DNA of 64,000 nt, taken from positions 24,118,001 to 24,182,000 of the forward strand of contig OZ024740.1 in NCBI GenBank assembly GCA_964016885.1, written 5' to 3'. Source of the DNA: Eledone cirrhosa. Its lineage: Eukaryota. The notes below the pieces were generated by a model. That model was not told the DNA's origin. It ran no database searches and was given only the letters and a program-made list of their open reading frames with translations. Both the position numbers and the translations under genes were made by a program. Shown here piece after piece: positions 38,475 to 56,400 of the stretch; position 1 is the stretch's first letter, and each line of letters starts with the position of its first letter.

Positions 38475-41400
38475 CATAACAAGAACAACATCAATAACAC
38501 AACTAACAACAACAACACCACTAATAACAACACTACCAATAACAACAACACTACCACTAACAACAACACAACCACTAACAACAACACTACAACTAACAAC
38601 AACACTACCACTACCAACAACACTACCACTAACAACAACACTACCACTAACAACAACACTACCACTAACAACAACAACACCACTAACAACAACACTACCA
38701 CTACCAACAACACTACCACTAACAACAACACTACCACTAATAACAACACTACCACTAACAACAACACTACCACTAACAACAACACTACAACAAACGACAA
38801 CACTACCACTACCAACAACACTACCACTAACAACAACACTACCACTACTAACAACACTACCACTAACAACAACACTACCACTAACAACAACACTACCACT
38901 AACAACAACACTACAACTAACAACAACACTACAACTAACAACAACACTACCACTAACAACAACACTACCACTAACAACAACACTACAACTAACAACAACA
39001 CTACCACTACTAACAACACTACCACTAACAACAACACTACCACTAACAACAACACTACCACTAACAACAACACTACAACTAACAACAACACTACAACTAA
39101 CAACAACACTACCACTAACAACAACACTACCACTAACAACAACACTACAACTAACAACAACACTACAACTAACAACAACACTATCACTAACAACAACACT
39201 ACCACTAACAACACTACCACTAACAACAACACTACCACTAACAACAACACCACCACTAACAACAACAACAGCACTAACAACAACACCACCTCTAACAGCA
39301 ACACTACCACTAACAACAACACCACCAATAACAACAACACCACCACTAACAACAACAACACCACTAACAACAACACCACCTCTAACAACAACACTACCAA
39401 TAACAACAACACCACCACTAACAACAACACTACCACTAACAACAACACTACCACTAACAACAACACTACCACTAACAACAACACTACCACTAACAACAAC
39501 ACCACCACTAACAACAACAACACCACTAACAACAACACCACCACTAACAACAACACTACCACTAACAACAACACTACAACTAACAACAACACTGCAACTA
39601 ACAACAACACTACCACTTACAACAACACCACTACCAACAACACTACCACTAACAACAACACCACTAACAACAACACTACCACTAACAACAACACCACTAA
39701 CAACAACACTACCACTACCAACAACACTACCACTAACAACAACACCACTAACAACAACACTACAACTAACAACAACACCACTAACAACAACACTACCACT
39801 AACAACAACACTACCACTAACAACAACTACACTAACAACAACACTACCACTACCAACAACACTACCACTAACAACAACACCACTAACAACAACACTACCA
39901 CTAACAACAACACTACCACTAACAACAACATCACCACTAACAACACTACCACTAACAACAACTCTACCACTAACAACAACACTACCACTAACAACAACAC
40001 TACCACTAATAACAACACTACCACTAACAACAACACTACCACTAACAACAACACTACCACTATCAACAACACTTCAACAAACAACAACACTACCACTACC
40101 AACAACACTACCACTTACAACAACACCACTACCAACAACACTACCACTAACAACAACACCACTAACAACAACACTACCACTAACAACAACACTACCACTA
40201 ACAACAACACCACTAACAACAACACTACCACTAACAACAACACTACAACTAACAACAACACTACCACTACCAACAACACTACCACTTACAACAACACCAC
40301 TACCAACAACACTACCACTAACAACAACACCACTAACAACAACACTACCACTAACAACAACACTACCACTAACAACAACACTACCACTAACAACAACACT
40401 ACAACTAACAACAACACTACCACTAACAACAAAACTACCACTAACAACAACACTACCAATAACAACAACAACACCACTAACAACAACACTACAACTAACA
40501 ACAACACTACCACTACCAACAACACTACCACTAACAACAACACCACTACCAACAACACTACCACTAACAACAACACCACTAACAACAACACTACAACTAA
40601 CAACAACACTACAACTAACAACAACACTACCACTAACAACAACACTACAACTAACAACAACACTACCACTAACAACAACACTACCACTAACAACAACACT
40701 ACCAATAACAACAACAACACCACTAACAACAAAACTACTACTAACAACAACACTACCACTAACAACAACACTACCACTAACAACAACACTACCACTAACA
40801 ACAACACCACCACTAACAACAACACTACCACTAACAACAACACTACCACTAACAACAACACTACCACTAACAACAACAACACAATTAACAACAACACTAC
40901 CACTAACAACCACAACACTACCACTAACAACAACACTACCACTAACAACAACACTACCACTAACAAAAACACTACCACTAACAACAACACTACCAATAAC
41001 AACAACACTACCACTAACAACAACACTACCACTAACAACAACATCACCACTAACAACAACACTACCACTAACAACAATACTACCACTAACAACAACACTA
41101 CCACTAACAACAACACCACTAACAACAACACTACCACTAACAACAACACTACCACTAACAGCAACACTGCCACTAACAACACTACCACTAACAACAACAC
41201 CACCACTAACACCAACACTACAACTATCAACAACACCACCACTAACAACAACATCACCACTAACAACAACACCACCACTAACAACAACACTACCACTAAC
41301 AACAACACTACCACTAATAACAACACTAGCACTAACAACAACACTACCACTAACAACAACACTACCACTAACAACAACACTACCACTAACAACAACACCA

Positions 41401-44400
41401 CTAACAACAACACTACCACTAACAACAACACTAACACTAACAACAACACTACCACTAACAACACTACCACTAACAACAACACCACCACTAACACCAACAC
41501 TACAACTATCAACAACACCACCACTAACAACAACATCACCACTAACAACAACACCACCACTAACAACAACACTACCACTAACAACAACACTACCACTAAT
41601 AACAACACTAGCACTAACAACAACACTACCACTAACAACAACACTATCACTAACAACAACACTACAACTAACAACAACACCATCACTAACAACAACACCA
41701 CCACTAACAACAACACTACCACTAACAACAACACTACAACTAACAACAACACTACCACTAACAACACTACCACTAACAACAACACTACCACTAACTACAA
41801 CACTACCATTAACAACAACACTATCACTAACAACAACATCACCACTAGCAACAACACCACCACTAACAACAACACTACCACTAACAACACTACACCTAAC
41901 AACAACACTATCACTAACAACACTACCACTAACAACAACACTACCACTAACAACAACACTACCACTAACAACACTACAACTAACAACAACATTACCACTA
42001 ACAACAACACCACCACTAACAACAACACTACAACTAACAACAACACTACCACTAATAACAACACTACCACTAACAACAACACTACCACTAACAACAACAC
42101 CACCACTAACAACAACACTACCACTAACAACAACACTACCACTAACAACAACACCACTAACAACAACACTACCACTAACAACAACACTACCACTAACAAC
42201 AACACCACTAACAACAACACTACCACTTACAACAACACCACTACCAACAACACTACCACTAACAACAACACTACAACTAACAACAACACTACCACTACCA
42301 ACAACACTACCACTTATAACAACTCCACTACCAACAACACTACCACTAACATAACACCACTAACAACAACACTACCACTAACAACAACACTACCACTAAC
42401 AACAACACCACTAACAACAACACTACCACTTACAACAACACCACTACCAACAACACTACCACTAACAACAACACCACTAACAACAACACTACCACTAACG
42501 AACAACACTACCACTAACAACAACACCACTAACAACAACACTACCACTAACAACAACACTACAACTAACAACAACACTGCAACTAACAACAACACTACCA
42601 CTACCAACAACACTACCACTAACAACAACACTACTAACAACAACACTACCACTAACAACAACACTACCACTAACAACAATACTACCACTAACAACAACAC
42701 TACCACTAACAACAACACCACTAACAACAACACTACCACTAACAACAACACTACCACTAACAACAACACTACCACTAACAACACTACCACTAACAACAAC
42801 ACCACCACTAACACCAACACTACAACTATCAACAACACCACCACTAACAACAACATCACCACTAACAACAACACCACCACTAACAACAACACTACCACTA
42901 ACAACAACACTACCACTAGTAACAACACTAGCACTAACAACAACACTACCACTAACAACAACACTACCACTAACAACAACACTACCACTAACAACAACAC
43001 CACTAACAACAACACTACCACTAACAACAACACTACCACTAACAACAACACTACCACTAACAACACTACCACTAACAACAACACCACCACTAACACCAAC
43101 ACTACAACTATCAACAACACCACCACTAACAACAACATCACCACTAACAACAACACCACCACTAACAACAACACTACCACTAACAACAACACTACCACTA
43201 ATAACAACACTAGCACTAACAACAACACTACCACTAACAACAACACTATCACTAACAACAACACTACCACTAACAACAACACCATCACTAACAACAACAC
43301 CACCACTAACAACAACACTACCACTAACAACAACACTACAACTAACAACAACACTACCACTAACAACACTACCACTAACAACAACACTACCACTAACTAC
43401 AACACTACCATTAACAACAACACTACCACTAACAACAACATCACCACTAGCAACAACACCACCACTAACAACAACACTACCACTAACAACACTACACCTA
43501 ACAACAACACTATCACTAACAACACTACCACTAACAACAACACTACCACTAACAACAACACTACCACTAACAACACTACCACTAACAACAACACTACCAC
43601 TAACTACAACACTACCATTAACAACAACACTACCACTAACAACAACATCACCACTAGCAACAACACCACCACTAACAACAACACTACCACTAACAACACT
43701 ACACCTAACAACAACACTATCACTAACAACACTACCACTAACAACAACAACACAATTAACAACAACACTACCACTAACAACCACAACACTACCACTAACA
43801 ACAACACTACCACTAACAACAACACTACCACTAACAAAAACACTACCACTAACAACAACACTACCAATAACAACAACACTACCACTAACAACAACACTAC
43901 CACTAACAACAACATCACCACTAACAACAACACTACCACTAACAACAATACTACCACTAACAACAACACTACCACTAACAACAACACCACTAACAACAAC
44001 ACTACCACTAACAACAACACTACCACTAACAGCAACACTGCCACTAACAACACTACCACTAACAACAACACCACCACTAACACCAACACTACAACTATCA
44101 ACAACACCACCACTAACAACAACATCACCACTAACAACAACACCACCACTAACAACAACACTACCACTAACAACAACACTACCACTAATAACAACACTAG
44201 CACTAACAACAACACTACCACTAACAACAACACTACCACTAACAACAACACTACCACTAACAACAACACCACTAACAACAACACTACCACTAACAACAAC
44301 ACTAACACTAACAACAACACTACCACTAACAACACTACCACTAACAACAACACCACCACTAACACCAACACTACAACTATCAACAACACCACCACTAACA

Positions 44401-47400
44401 ACAACATCACCACTAACAACAACACCACCACTAACAACAACACTACCACTAACAACAACACTACCACTAATAACAACACTAGCACTAACAACAACACTAC
44501 CACTAACAACAACACTATCACTAACAACAACACTACAACTAACAACAACACCATCACTAACAACAACACCACCACTAACAACAACACTACCACTAACAAC
44601 AACACTACAACTAACAACAACACTACCACTAACAACACTACCACTAACAACAACACTATCACTAACAACAACATCACCACTAGCAACAACACCACCACTA
44701 ACAACAACACTACCACTAACAACACTACACCTAACAACAACACTATCACTAACAACACTACCACTAACAACAACACTACCACTAACAACACTACAACTAA
44801 CAACAACATTACCACTAACAACAACACCACCAATAACAACAACACTACAACTAACAACAACACTACCACTAATAACAACACTACCACTAACAACAACACT
44901 ACCACTAACAACAACACCACCACTAACAACAACACTACCACTAACAACAACACTACCACTAACAACAACACCACTAACAACAACACTACCACTAACAACA
45001 ACACTACCACTAACAACAACACCACTAACAACAACACTACCACTTACAACAACACCACTACCAACAACACTACCACTAACAACAACACTACAACTAACAA
45101 CAACACTACCACTACCAACAACACTACCACTTACAACAACTCCACTACCAACAACACTACCACTAACATAACACCACTAACAACAACACTACCACTAACA
45201 ACAACACTACCACTAACAACAACACCACTAACAACAACACTACCACTTACAACAACACCACTACCAACAACACTACCACTAACAACAACACTACAACTAA
45301 CAACAACACTACCACTAACGAACAACACTACCACTAACAACAACACCACTAACAACAACACTACCACTAACAACAACACTACAACTAACAACAACACTGC
45401 AACTAACAACAACACTACCACTACCAACAACACTACCACTAACAACAACACCACTAACAACAACACTACCACTACCAACAACACTACCACTAACAACAAC
45501 ACTACTAACAACAACACTACCACTAACAACAACACTACCACTAACAACAATACTACCACTAACAACAACACTACCACTAACAACAACACCACTAACAACA
45601 ACACTACCACTAACAACAACACTACCACTAACAACAACACTACCACTAACAACACTACCACTAACAACAACACCACCACTAACACCAACACTACAACTAT
45701 CAACAACACCACCACTAACAACAACATCACCACTAACAACAACACCACCACTAACAACAACACTACCACTAACAACAACACTACCACTAGTAACAACACT
45801 AGCACTAACAACAACACTACCACTAACAACAACACTACCACTAACAACAACACCACTAACAACAACACTACCACTAACAACAACACTACCACTAACAACA
45901 ACACTACCACTAACAACACTACCACTAACAACAACACCACCACTAACACCAACACTACAACTATCAACAACACCACCACTAACAACAACATCACCACTAA
46001 CAACAACACCACCACTAACAACAACACTACCACTAACAACAACACTACCACTAATAACAACACTAGCACTAACAACAACACTACCACTAACAACAACACT
46101 ATCACTAACAACAACACTACCACTAACAACAACACCATCACTAACAACAACACCACCACTAACAACAACACTACCACTAACAACAACACTACAACTAACA
46201 ACAACACTACCACTAACAACACTACCACTAACAACAACACTACCACTAACTACAACACTACCATTAACAACAACACTACCACTAACAACAACATCACCAC
46301 TAGCAACAACACCACCACTAACAACAACACTACCACTAACAACACTACACCTAACAACAACACTATCACTAACAACACTACCACTAACAACAACACTACC
46401 ACTAACAACAACACTACCACTAACAACACTACAACTAACAACAACATTACCACTAACAACAACATCACCACTAACAACAACACTACAACTAACAACAACA
46501 CTACCACTAATAACAACACTACCACTAACAACAACACTACCACTAACAACAACACCACCACAAAAACAACACTACCACTAACAACAACACTACCACTAAC
46601 AACAACACCACTAACAACAACACTACCACTAACAACAACACTACCACTAACAACAACACCACTAACAACAACACTACCACTTACAACAACACCACTACCA
46701 ACAACACTACCACTAACAACAACACTACAACTAACAACAACACTACCACTACCAACAACACTACCACTTACAACAACACCACTACCAACAACACTACCAC
46801 TAACAACAACACCACTAACAACAACACTACCACTAACAATAACACTACCACTAACAACAACACCACTAACAACAACACTACCATTTACAACAACACCACT
46901 ACCAACAACACCACCACTAACAACAACACTACAACTAACAACAACACTACCATTACCAACAACACTACCACTTACAACAACATCACTACCAACAACACTA
47001 CCACTAACAACAACACCACTAACAACAACACTACCACTAACAACAACACTACCACTAACAACAACACTACAACTAACAACAACACTACTAATAACAACAA
47101 CACTACCACTAACAACAACACTACAACTAACAACAACACTACCACTACCAACACTACAACTAACAACAACAACACCACTAACAACAACACTACCACTAAC
47201 AACACTACCACTAACAACAACACTACCACTAACAACAACACTACCACTAACAACAACACTACCACTAAAAACAACACTAGCACTAACAACAACACTACCA
47301 CTAACAACAACACCACCACTAACAACAACACTACAACTAACAACAACACCACCACTAACAACAACACTACCACTAACAACAACACCACCACTAACAACAA

Positions 47401-50400
47401 CACCACCACTAACAACAACACTACAACTAACAACAACACCACCACTAACAACAACACTACAACTAACAACAACACCACCACTAACAACAACACTACAACT
47501 AACAACAACACCACCACTAACAACAACACTACCACTAACAACAACACCACCACTAACAACAACACTACCACTAACAACAACACTACCACTAACAACAACA
47601 CCACCACTAACAACAACACCACCACAAACAACAACACTACAACTAACAACACTACAACTAACAACAACACTACCACTAACAACAACACTACCACTAACAA
47701 CAACACTACAATTAACAACAACAACACCACTAACAACAACACTACCACTAACAACAACCCTACCACTAACAACAACACTACCACTAACAACAACACTACC
47801 ACTAACAACAACAACACCACTAACAACAACACTACTACTAACAACAACACTACTACTAACAACAGCACTACCACTAACAACAACACTACCACTAACAACA
47901 ACATCACCACTAACAACAACACCACTAACAACAACACTACTACTAACAACAACACTACTAATAACAACAACATCACCACTAACAACAACACCACTAACAA
48001 CAACACTACAACTAACAACACTACAACTAACAACAACACTACCACTAACAACAACACTACCACTAACAACAACAACACCACTAACAACAACAACACTACC
48101 ACTAACAACAACACTAGAACTAACAACAACAACACCACTAAGAACAACAGCACTAACAACAACAACACCACTACCAACCACACTACCACTAACAACACTA
48201 CAACTAATAACAACACTACCACTAACAACATGACTACCACTAACAACACTACAACTAACAACAACACTACCACTAACAACAACACTACCACTAACAACAA
48301 CACTACCACTAACAACAACACTACCACTAACAACAACACTACAACTAACAGCAACACTACCACTAACAACAAGACTACCACTAACATCAAGACTACCACT
48401 AACAACAACACTACCAATAACAACACTAACACTAACAACAACACTACCACTACCAACCACACTACCACTAACAACAACACTACCACTAACAACAACACTA
48501 CCACTAACAACAACACTACCACTAACATCAACATTACCACTAACAACAACACTACCACTAACAACAACAACACAACTAACAACAACACTACCACTAACAA
48601 CAACACTACAACTAACAACAACACTACCACTAACAACAACACTACCACTAACAACAACACTACCACTAACAACACAACCACTAACAACACTACCTCTAAC
48701 AACAACACTACAACTAACAACAACACTACCACTAACAACAACACTACCACTAACGACAACACTACCACTAACAACAACATCACCACTAACAACAACACCA
48801 CCACTAACAACAACACTACCACTAACAACAACATCACCACTAACAACAACACTACCACTAACAACAACACTACCACTAATAACAACACTACCACTAACAA
48901 CAACACTACCACTAACAACAACACTACCACTAAAAACAACACTACCACTAATAACAACACTACCACTAACAACAACACTACCACTAACAACAACACTACC
49001 ACTACCAACCACAATACCACTAACAACAACAACACCACTAACAACAACACTGCCACTAACAACAACCCTACAACTAACAACAACACTACCACTAACAACA
49101 ACACTACCACTAACGACAACACTACCACTAACAACAACATCACCACTAACAACAACACCACCACTAACAACAACATCACCACTAACAACAACAGTACCAC
49201 TAACAACAACACTACCACTAACAACAAAACTACCACTAACAACAACACTACAACTAACAACAACACTTCCACTAACAACAACACTACCACTAACAACAAC
49301 ACTACCACTAACAACAACACTACCACTACCAACAACACTACCACTAACAACAACACTACCACTACCAACAACACTACAACTAACAACAACACTACCACTA
49401 ACAACAACACTACCACTAACGACAACACTACCACTAACGACAACACAACAACTAACAACAACACTACCACTAACAACAACACTACCACTAACAACAACAC
49501 TACAACTAACAACAGCACTACCACTAACAACAACAATACCACTAACAACAACACTACCACTAACAACAACACTACCACTAACAACAACATCACCACTAAC
49601 AACAACACCACTAACAACAACACTACTACTAACAACAACACTACTACTAACAACAACAGTACCACTAACAACAACACTACCACTAACAACAACAACACCA
49701 CTAACAACAACAACACTAACAACAACACTACCCCTAACAACAACACTAGCACTAACAACAACAACACCACTAAGAACAACACCACTAACAACAACAACAC
49801 CACTAACAACAACACTACCACTAACAATAACACTACCACTAACAACACTACAACTAATAACAACACTACCACTAACAACAACACTACCACTAACAACAAC
49901 ACTACGAATAACAACACCACAAACAACAACAATACAACTAACAACAACAACACCACTAACAACAAAACTACCACTAACAACAACACTACCACTAACAACA
50001 CTACCACTAACAACAACACCACCACTAACAACAACACCACCACTAACAACAACACTACAACTAACAACAACACCACCACTAACAACAATACTACCACTAA
50101 CAACAACACCACCACTAACAACAACACCACCACTAACAACAACACTACAACTAACAACAACACCACCACTAACAACAACACTACAACTAACAACAACACC
50201 ACCACTAACAACAACACTACAACTAACAACAACACCACCACTAACAACAACACTACCACTAACAACAACACCACCACTAACAACAACACTACCACTAACA
50301 ACAACACTACCACTAACAACAACACCACCACTAACAACAACACCACCACTAACAACAACACTACAACTAACAACACTACAACTAACAACAACACTACCAC

Positions 50401-53400
50401 TAACAACAACACTACCACTAACAACAACACTACCATTAACAACAACAACACCACTAACAACAACACTACCACTAACAACAACACTACCACTAACAACAAC
50501 ACTACCACTAACAACAACACTACCACTAACAACAACAACACCACTAACAACAACACTACTACTAACAACAACACTACCACTAACAACAGCACTACCACTA
50601 ACAACAACATCACCACTAACAACAACACCACTAACAACAACACTACTACTAACAACAACACTAATAATAACAACAACTTTACCACTAACAACAACACTAC
50701 AACTAACAACAACACTACCACTAACAACAACAACACCACTAACAACAACAACACTACCACTAACAACAACACTAGCACTAACAACAACAACACCACTAAG
50801 AACAACAGCACTAACAACAACAACACCACTACCAACCACACTACCACTAACAACACTACAACTAATAACAACACTACCACTAACAACATCACTACCACTA
50901 ACAACACTACAACTAACAACAACACTACCACTAACAACAACACTACCACTAACAACAACACTACCACTAACAACAACACTACCACTAACAACAACACTAC
51001 AACTAACAACAACACTACCACTAACAACAAGACTACCACTAACATCAAGACTGCCACTAACAACAACACTACCAATAACAACACTAACACTAACAACAAC
51101 ACTACCACTACCAACCACACTACCACTAACAACAACACTACCACTAACAACAACACTACCACTAACAACAACACTACCACTAACATCAACATTACCACTA
51201 ACAACAACACTACCACTAACAACAACAACACAACTAACAACAACACTACCACTAACAACAACACTACAACTAACAACAACACTACCACTAACAACAACAC
51301 TACCACTAACAACAACACTACCACTAACAACACAACCACTAACAACACTACCTCTAACAACAACACTACAACTAACAACAACACTACCACTAACAACAAC
51401 ACTACCACTAACGACAACACTACCACTAACAACAACATCACCACTAACAACAACACCACCACTAACAACAACACTACCACTAACAACAACATCACCACTA
51501 ACAACAACACTACCACTAACAACAACACTACCACTAATAACAACACTACCACTAACAACAACACTACCACTAACAACAACACTACCACTAAAAACAACAC
51601 TACCACTAATAACAACACTACCACTAACAACAACACTACCACTAACAACAACACTACCACTACCAACCACACTACCACTAACAACAACAACACCACTAAC
51701 AACAACACTGCCACTAACAACAACCCTACAACTAACAACAACACTACCACTAACAACAACACTACCACTAACGACAACACTACCACTAACAACAACATCA
51801 CCACTAACAACAACACCACCACTAACAACAACACTACCACTAACAACAACATCACCACTAACAACAACAGTACCACTAACAACAACACTACCACTAACAA
51901 CAAAACTACCACTAACAACAACACTACAACTAACAACAACACTTCCATTAACAACAACACTACCACTAACAACAACACTACCACTAACAACAAAACTACC
52001 ACTACCAACAACACTACCACTAACAACAACACTACCACTACCAACAACACTACAACTAACAACAACACTACCACTAACAACAACACTACCACTAACGACA
52101 ACACTACCACTAACGACAACACAACAACTAACAACAACACTACCACTAACAACAACACTACCACTAACAACAACACTACAACTAACAACAGCACTACCAC
52201 TAACAACAACAATACCACTAACAACAACACTACCACTAACAACAACACTACCACTAACAACAACACTACCACTAACAACAACATCACCACTAACAACAAC
52301 ACCACTAACAACAACACTACTACTAACAACAACACTACTACTAACAACAACAGTACCACTAACAACAACACTACAACTAACAACAACACTACCACTAACA
52401 ACAACAACACCACTAAGAACAACACCACTAACAACAACAACACCACTAACAACAACACTACCACTAACAATAACACTAGCACTAACAACAACAACACCAC
52501 TAAGAACAACACCACTAACAACAACAACACCACTAACAACAACACTACCACTAACAATAACACTACCACTAACAACACTACAACTAATAACAACACTACC
52601 ACTAACAACAACACTACCACTAACAACAACACTACGAATAACAACACCACAAACAACAACAATACAACTAACAACAACAACACCACTAACAACAAAACTA
52701 CCACTAACAACAACACTACCACTAACAACACTACCACTAACAACAACACCACCACTAACACCAACAATACAACTATCAACAACACCACCACTAACAACAA
52801 CATCACCACTAACAACAACACCACCACTAACTACAACAACACCACTAACAACACCACTTCCACTAACAACAACACTACCACTAACTACAACACTACCACT
52901 AACAACAACACTACCACTAACAACAACACCACCACTAACAACAACACTACAACTAACAACACTACAACTAACAACAACACTACCACTAACAACACTACCA
53001 CTAACAACAACACTACCACTAACAACAACACTACCACTAACAACAACACTACCACTAACAACAACAACACCACTAACAACAACAATACTACTAACAACAC
53101 TACTACTAACAACAGCACTACCACTAACAACAACACTACCACTAACAATAACACTACCACTAACAACAACACTACCACTAACAACAACATCACCACTAAC
53201 AACAACACCACTAACAACAACACTACTACTAACAACAACACTACTACTAACAACAACAGTACCACTAACAACAACACTACAACTGACAACAACACTACAA
53301 CTAACAACAACACTACCACTAACAACAACACTAGCACTAACAACAACAAAACCACTAAGAACAACACTACCACTAACAACAACAACACTACCACTAACAA

Positions 53401-56400
53401 CAACACTACGAATAACAACAACAACACCACTAACAACAACACTACCACTAACAACAACACTACCACTAATAACAACACCACCACTAACAACAACACCACC
53501 ACTAACAACAACACTAACACTAACAACACTACCACTAACAACAACACTACCACTACCAACCACACTACCACTAACAACAAAACTACCACTAACAACAACA
53601 CTACCACTAACAACAACACTACCACTAACATCACACTACCACTAACAACAACACTACCACTAACAACAACACTACCACTAACAACAACACTACGAATAAC
53701 AACAACAACACCACTAACAACAAAACTACTACTAACAACCACACTACTAATAACAACAACACTACCACTAACAACAACACTACAACTAACAACAACACTA
53801 CCACTACCAACACTACAACTAACAACAACAACAGCACTAACAACAACACTACCACTAACAACACTACCACTAACAACAACACTAGCACTAACAACAACAC
53901 TACCACTAACAACAACACTACCACTAACAACAACACTACCACTAACAACAGCACTACCACTAACAACAACACTACCAATAACAACAACACTACCACTAAC
54001 AACAACACTGACAATAACAACAACACGACCACTAATAACAACAACACAACTAACTACAACACTACCACTAACAACAACACTACCACTAATAACAACACTA
54101 GCACTAACAACAACACTACCACTAACAACAACACTACCACTAACAACAACAACACTTAACAACAACACTACCACTAACAACAACACTACCACTAACAACA
54201 ACACTACCACTAACAACACTACCACTACCAACAACAACACAACTAACAACAACACTACCACTAACAACAACACTACAACTAACAACAACACTACCACTAA
54301 CAACAACACTACCACTAACAACAACATCACCACTAACACCAACACTACAGCTATCAACAACACCACCACTAACAACAATATCACCACTAACAACAACACC
54401 ACCACTAACAACAACACTACCACTATCAACAACACTACCACTAACTACAACACTACCACTAACAACAACACTACCACTAACAACATCACCACCACTAACA
54501 ACAACACTACAACTAACAACACTACAACTAACAACAACACTACCACTAACAACACTACCACTAACAACAACACTACCACTAACAACAACAACACCACTAA
54601 CAACAACACTACTACTAACAACAACACTACTACTAACAACAACACTACCACTAACAACACTACCACTAACAACAACACTACCACTAACAACAACACTACC
54701 ACTAACAACAACATCACCACTAACAACAACACCACTAACAACAACACTACTACTAACAACAACACTACCACTAACAACAACATCACCACTAACAACAACA
54801 CCACTAACAACAACACTACTACTAACAACAACACTACTACTAACAACAACAGTACCACTAACAACAACACTACAGCTGACAACAACACTACCACTAACAA
54901 CAAAACTACCACTAACAACAACAACACCACTAACAACAACAACACCACTAACAACAACAACACTAACAACAACACTACCACTAACAACAACACTACCACT
55001 AACAACAACACCACTAACAACAACACTAACACTAACAACAACACTACCACTAACAACAACACTACCACTAACAACAACACTACCACTAACAACAACACTA
55101 CCACTAACAACACTACCACTAACAATAACACTACCACTAACAACACTACCACTAACAACAACACTACCACTAACAACAACACCACCACTAACACCAACAC
55201 TACAACTATCAACAACACCACCACTAACAACAATATCACCACTAACAACAACACAACCACTAACAACAACACTACCACTAACAACAACACTACCACTAAC
55301 TACAACACTACCACTAACAACAACACTACCACTAACAAAAACACCACCACTAACAACAACACTACAACTAACAACACTACAACTAACAACACTACCACTA
55401 ACAACAACACTACCACTAACAACAACACTGCCACTAACAACAACACTACCACTAACAACAACAACACCACTAACAACAACACTACTACTAACAACAACAA
55501 TACTACTAACAACAGCACTACCACTAACAACAACACTACCACTAACAACAACACTACCACTAACAACAACATCACCACTAACAACAACACCACTAACAAC
55601 AACACTACTACTAACAACAACACTACCACTAACAACAACAGTACCACTAACAACAACACCACTAACAACACTACCACTAACAACAACACCACCACTAACA
55701 ACATCACTACTACTAACAACAACACTACCACTAACAACAACACCACCACTAACAACAACAGTACCACTAACAACAACACCACTAACAACAACACTACTAC
55801 TAACAACAACACTACCACTAACAACAACACCACCACTAACAACAACAGTACCACTAACAACAACACCACTAACAACACTACCACTAACAACAACACCACC
55901 ACTAACAACAACACTACTACTAACAACAACACTACCACTAACAACAACACCACCACTAACAACAACAGTACCACTAACAACAACACCACTAACAACAACA
56001 CTACTACTAACAACAACACTACCACTAACAACAACAGTACCACTAACAACACCACCACTAACAACAACAGTACCACTAACAACAACACCACTAACAACAA
56101 CACTACTACTAACAACAACACTACCACTAACAACCACACCACCACTAACAACAACAGTACCACTAACAACAACACCACTAACAACAACACTACTACAACA
56201 ACAACACTACCACTAACAACAACAATGCCACTAACAACAACACCACTAACAACACCACCATTAACAACAACAGTACCACTAACAACAACACCACTAACAA
56301 CAACACTACTACTAACAACAGCACTACCACTAACAACAACACCAATAACAACCACACTACCACTAACAACAACAGTACCACTAACAACAACACCAATAAC

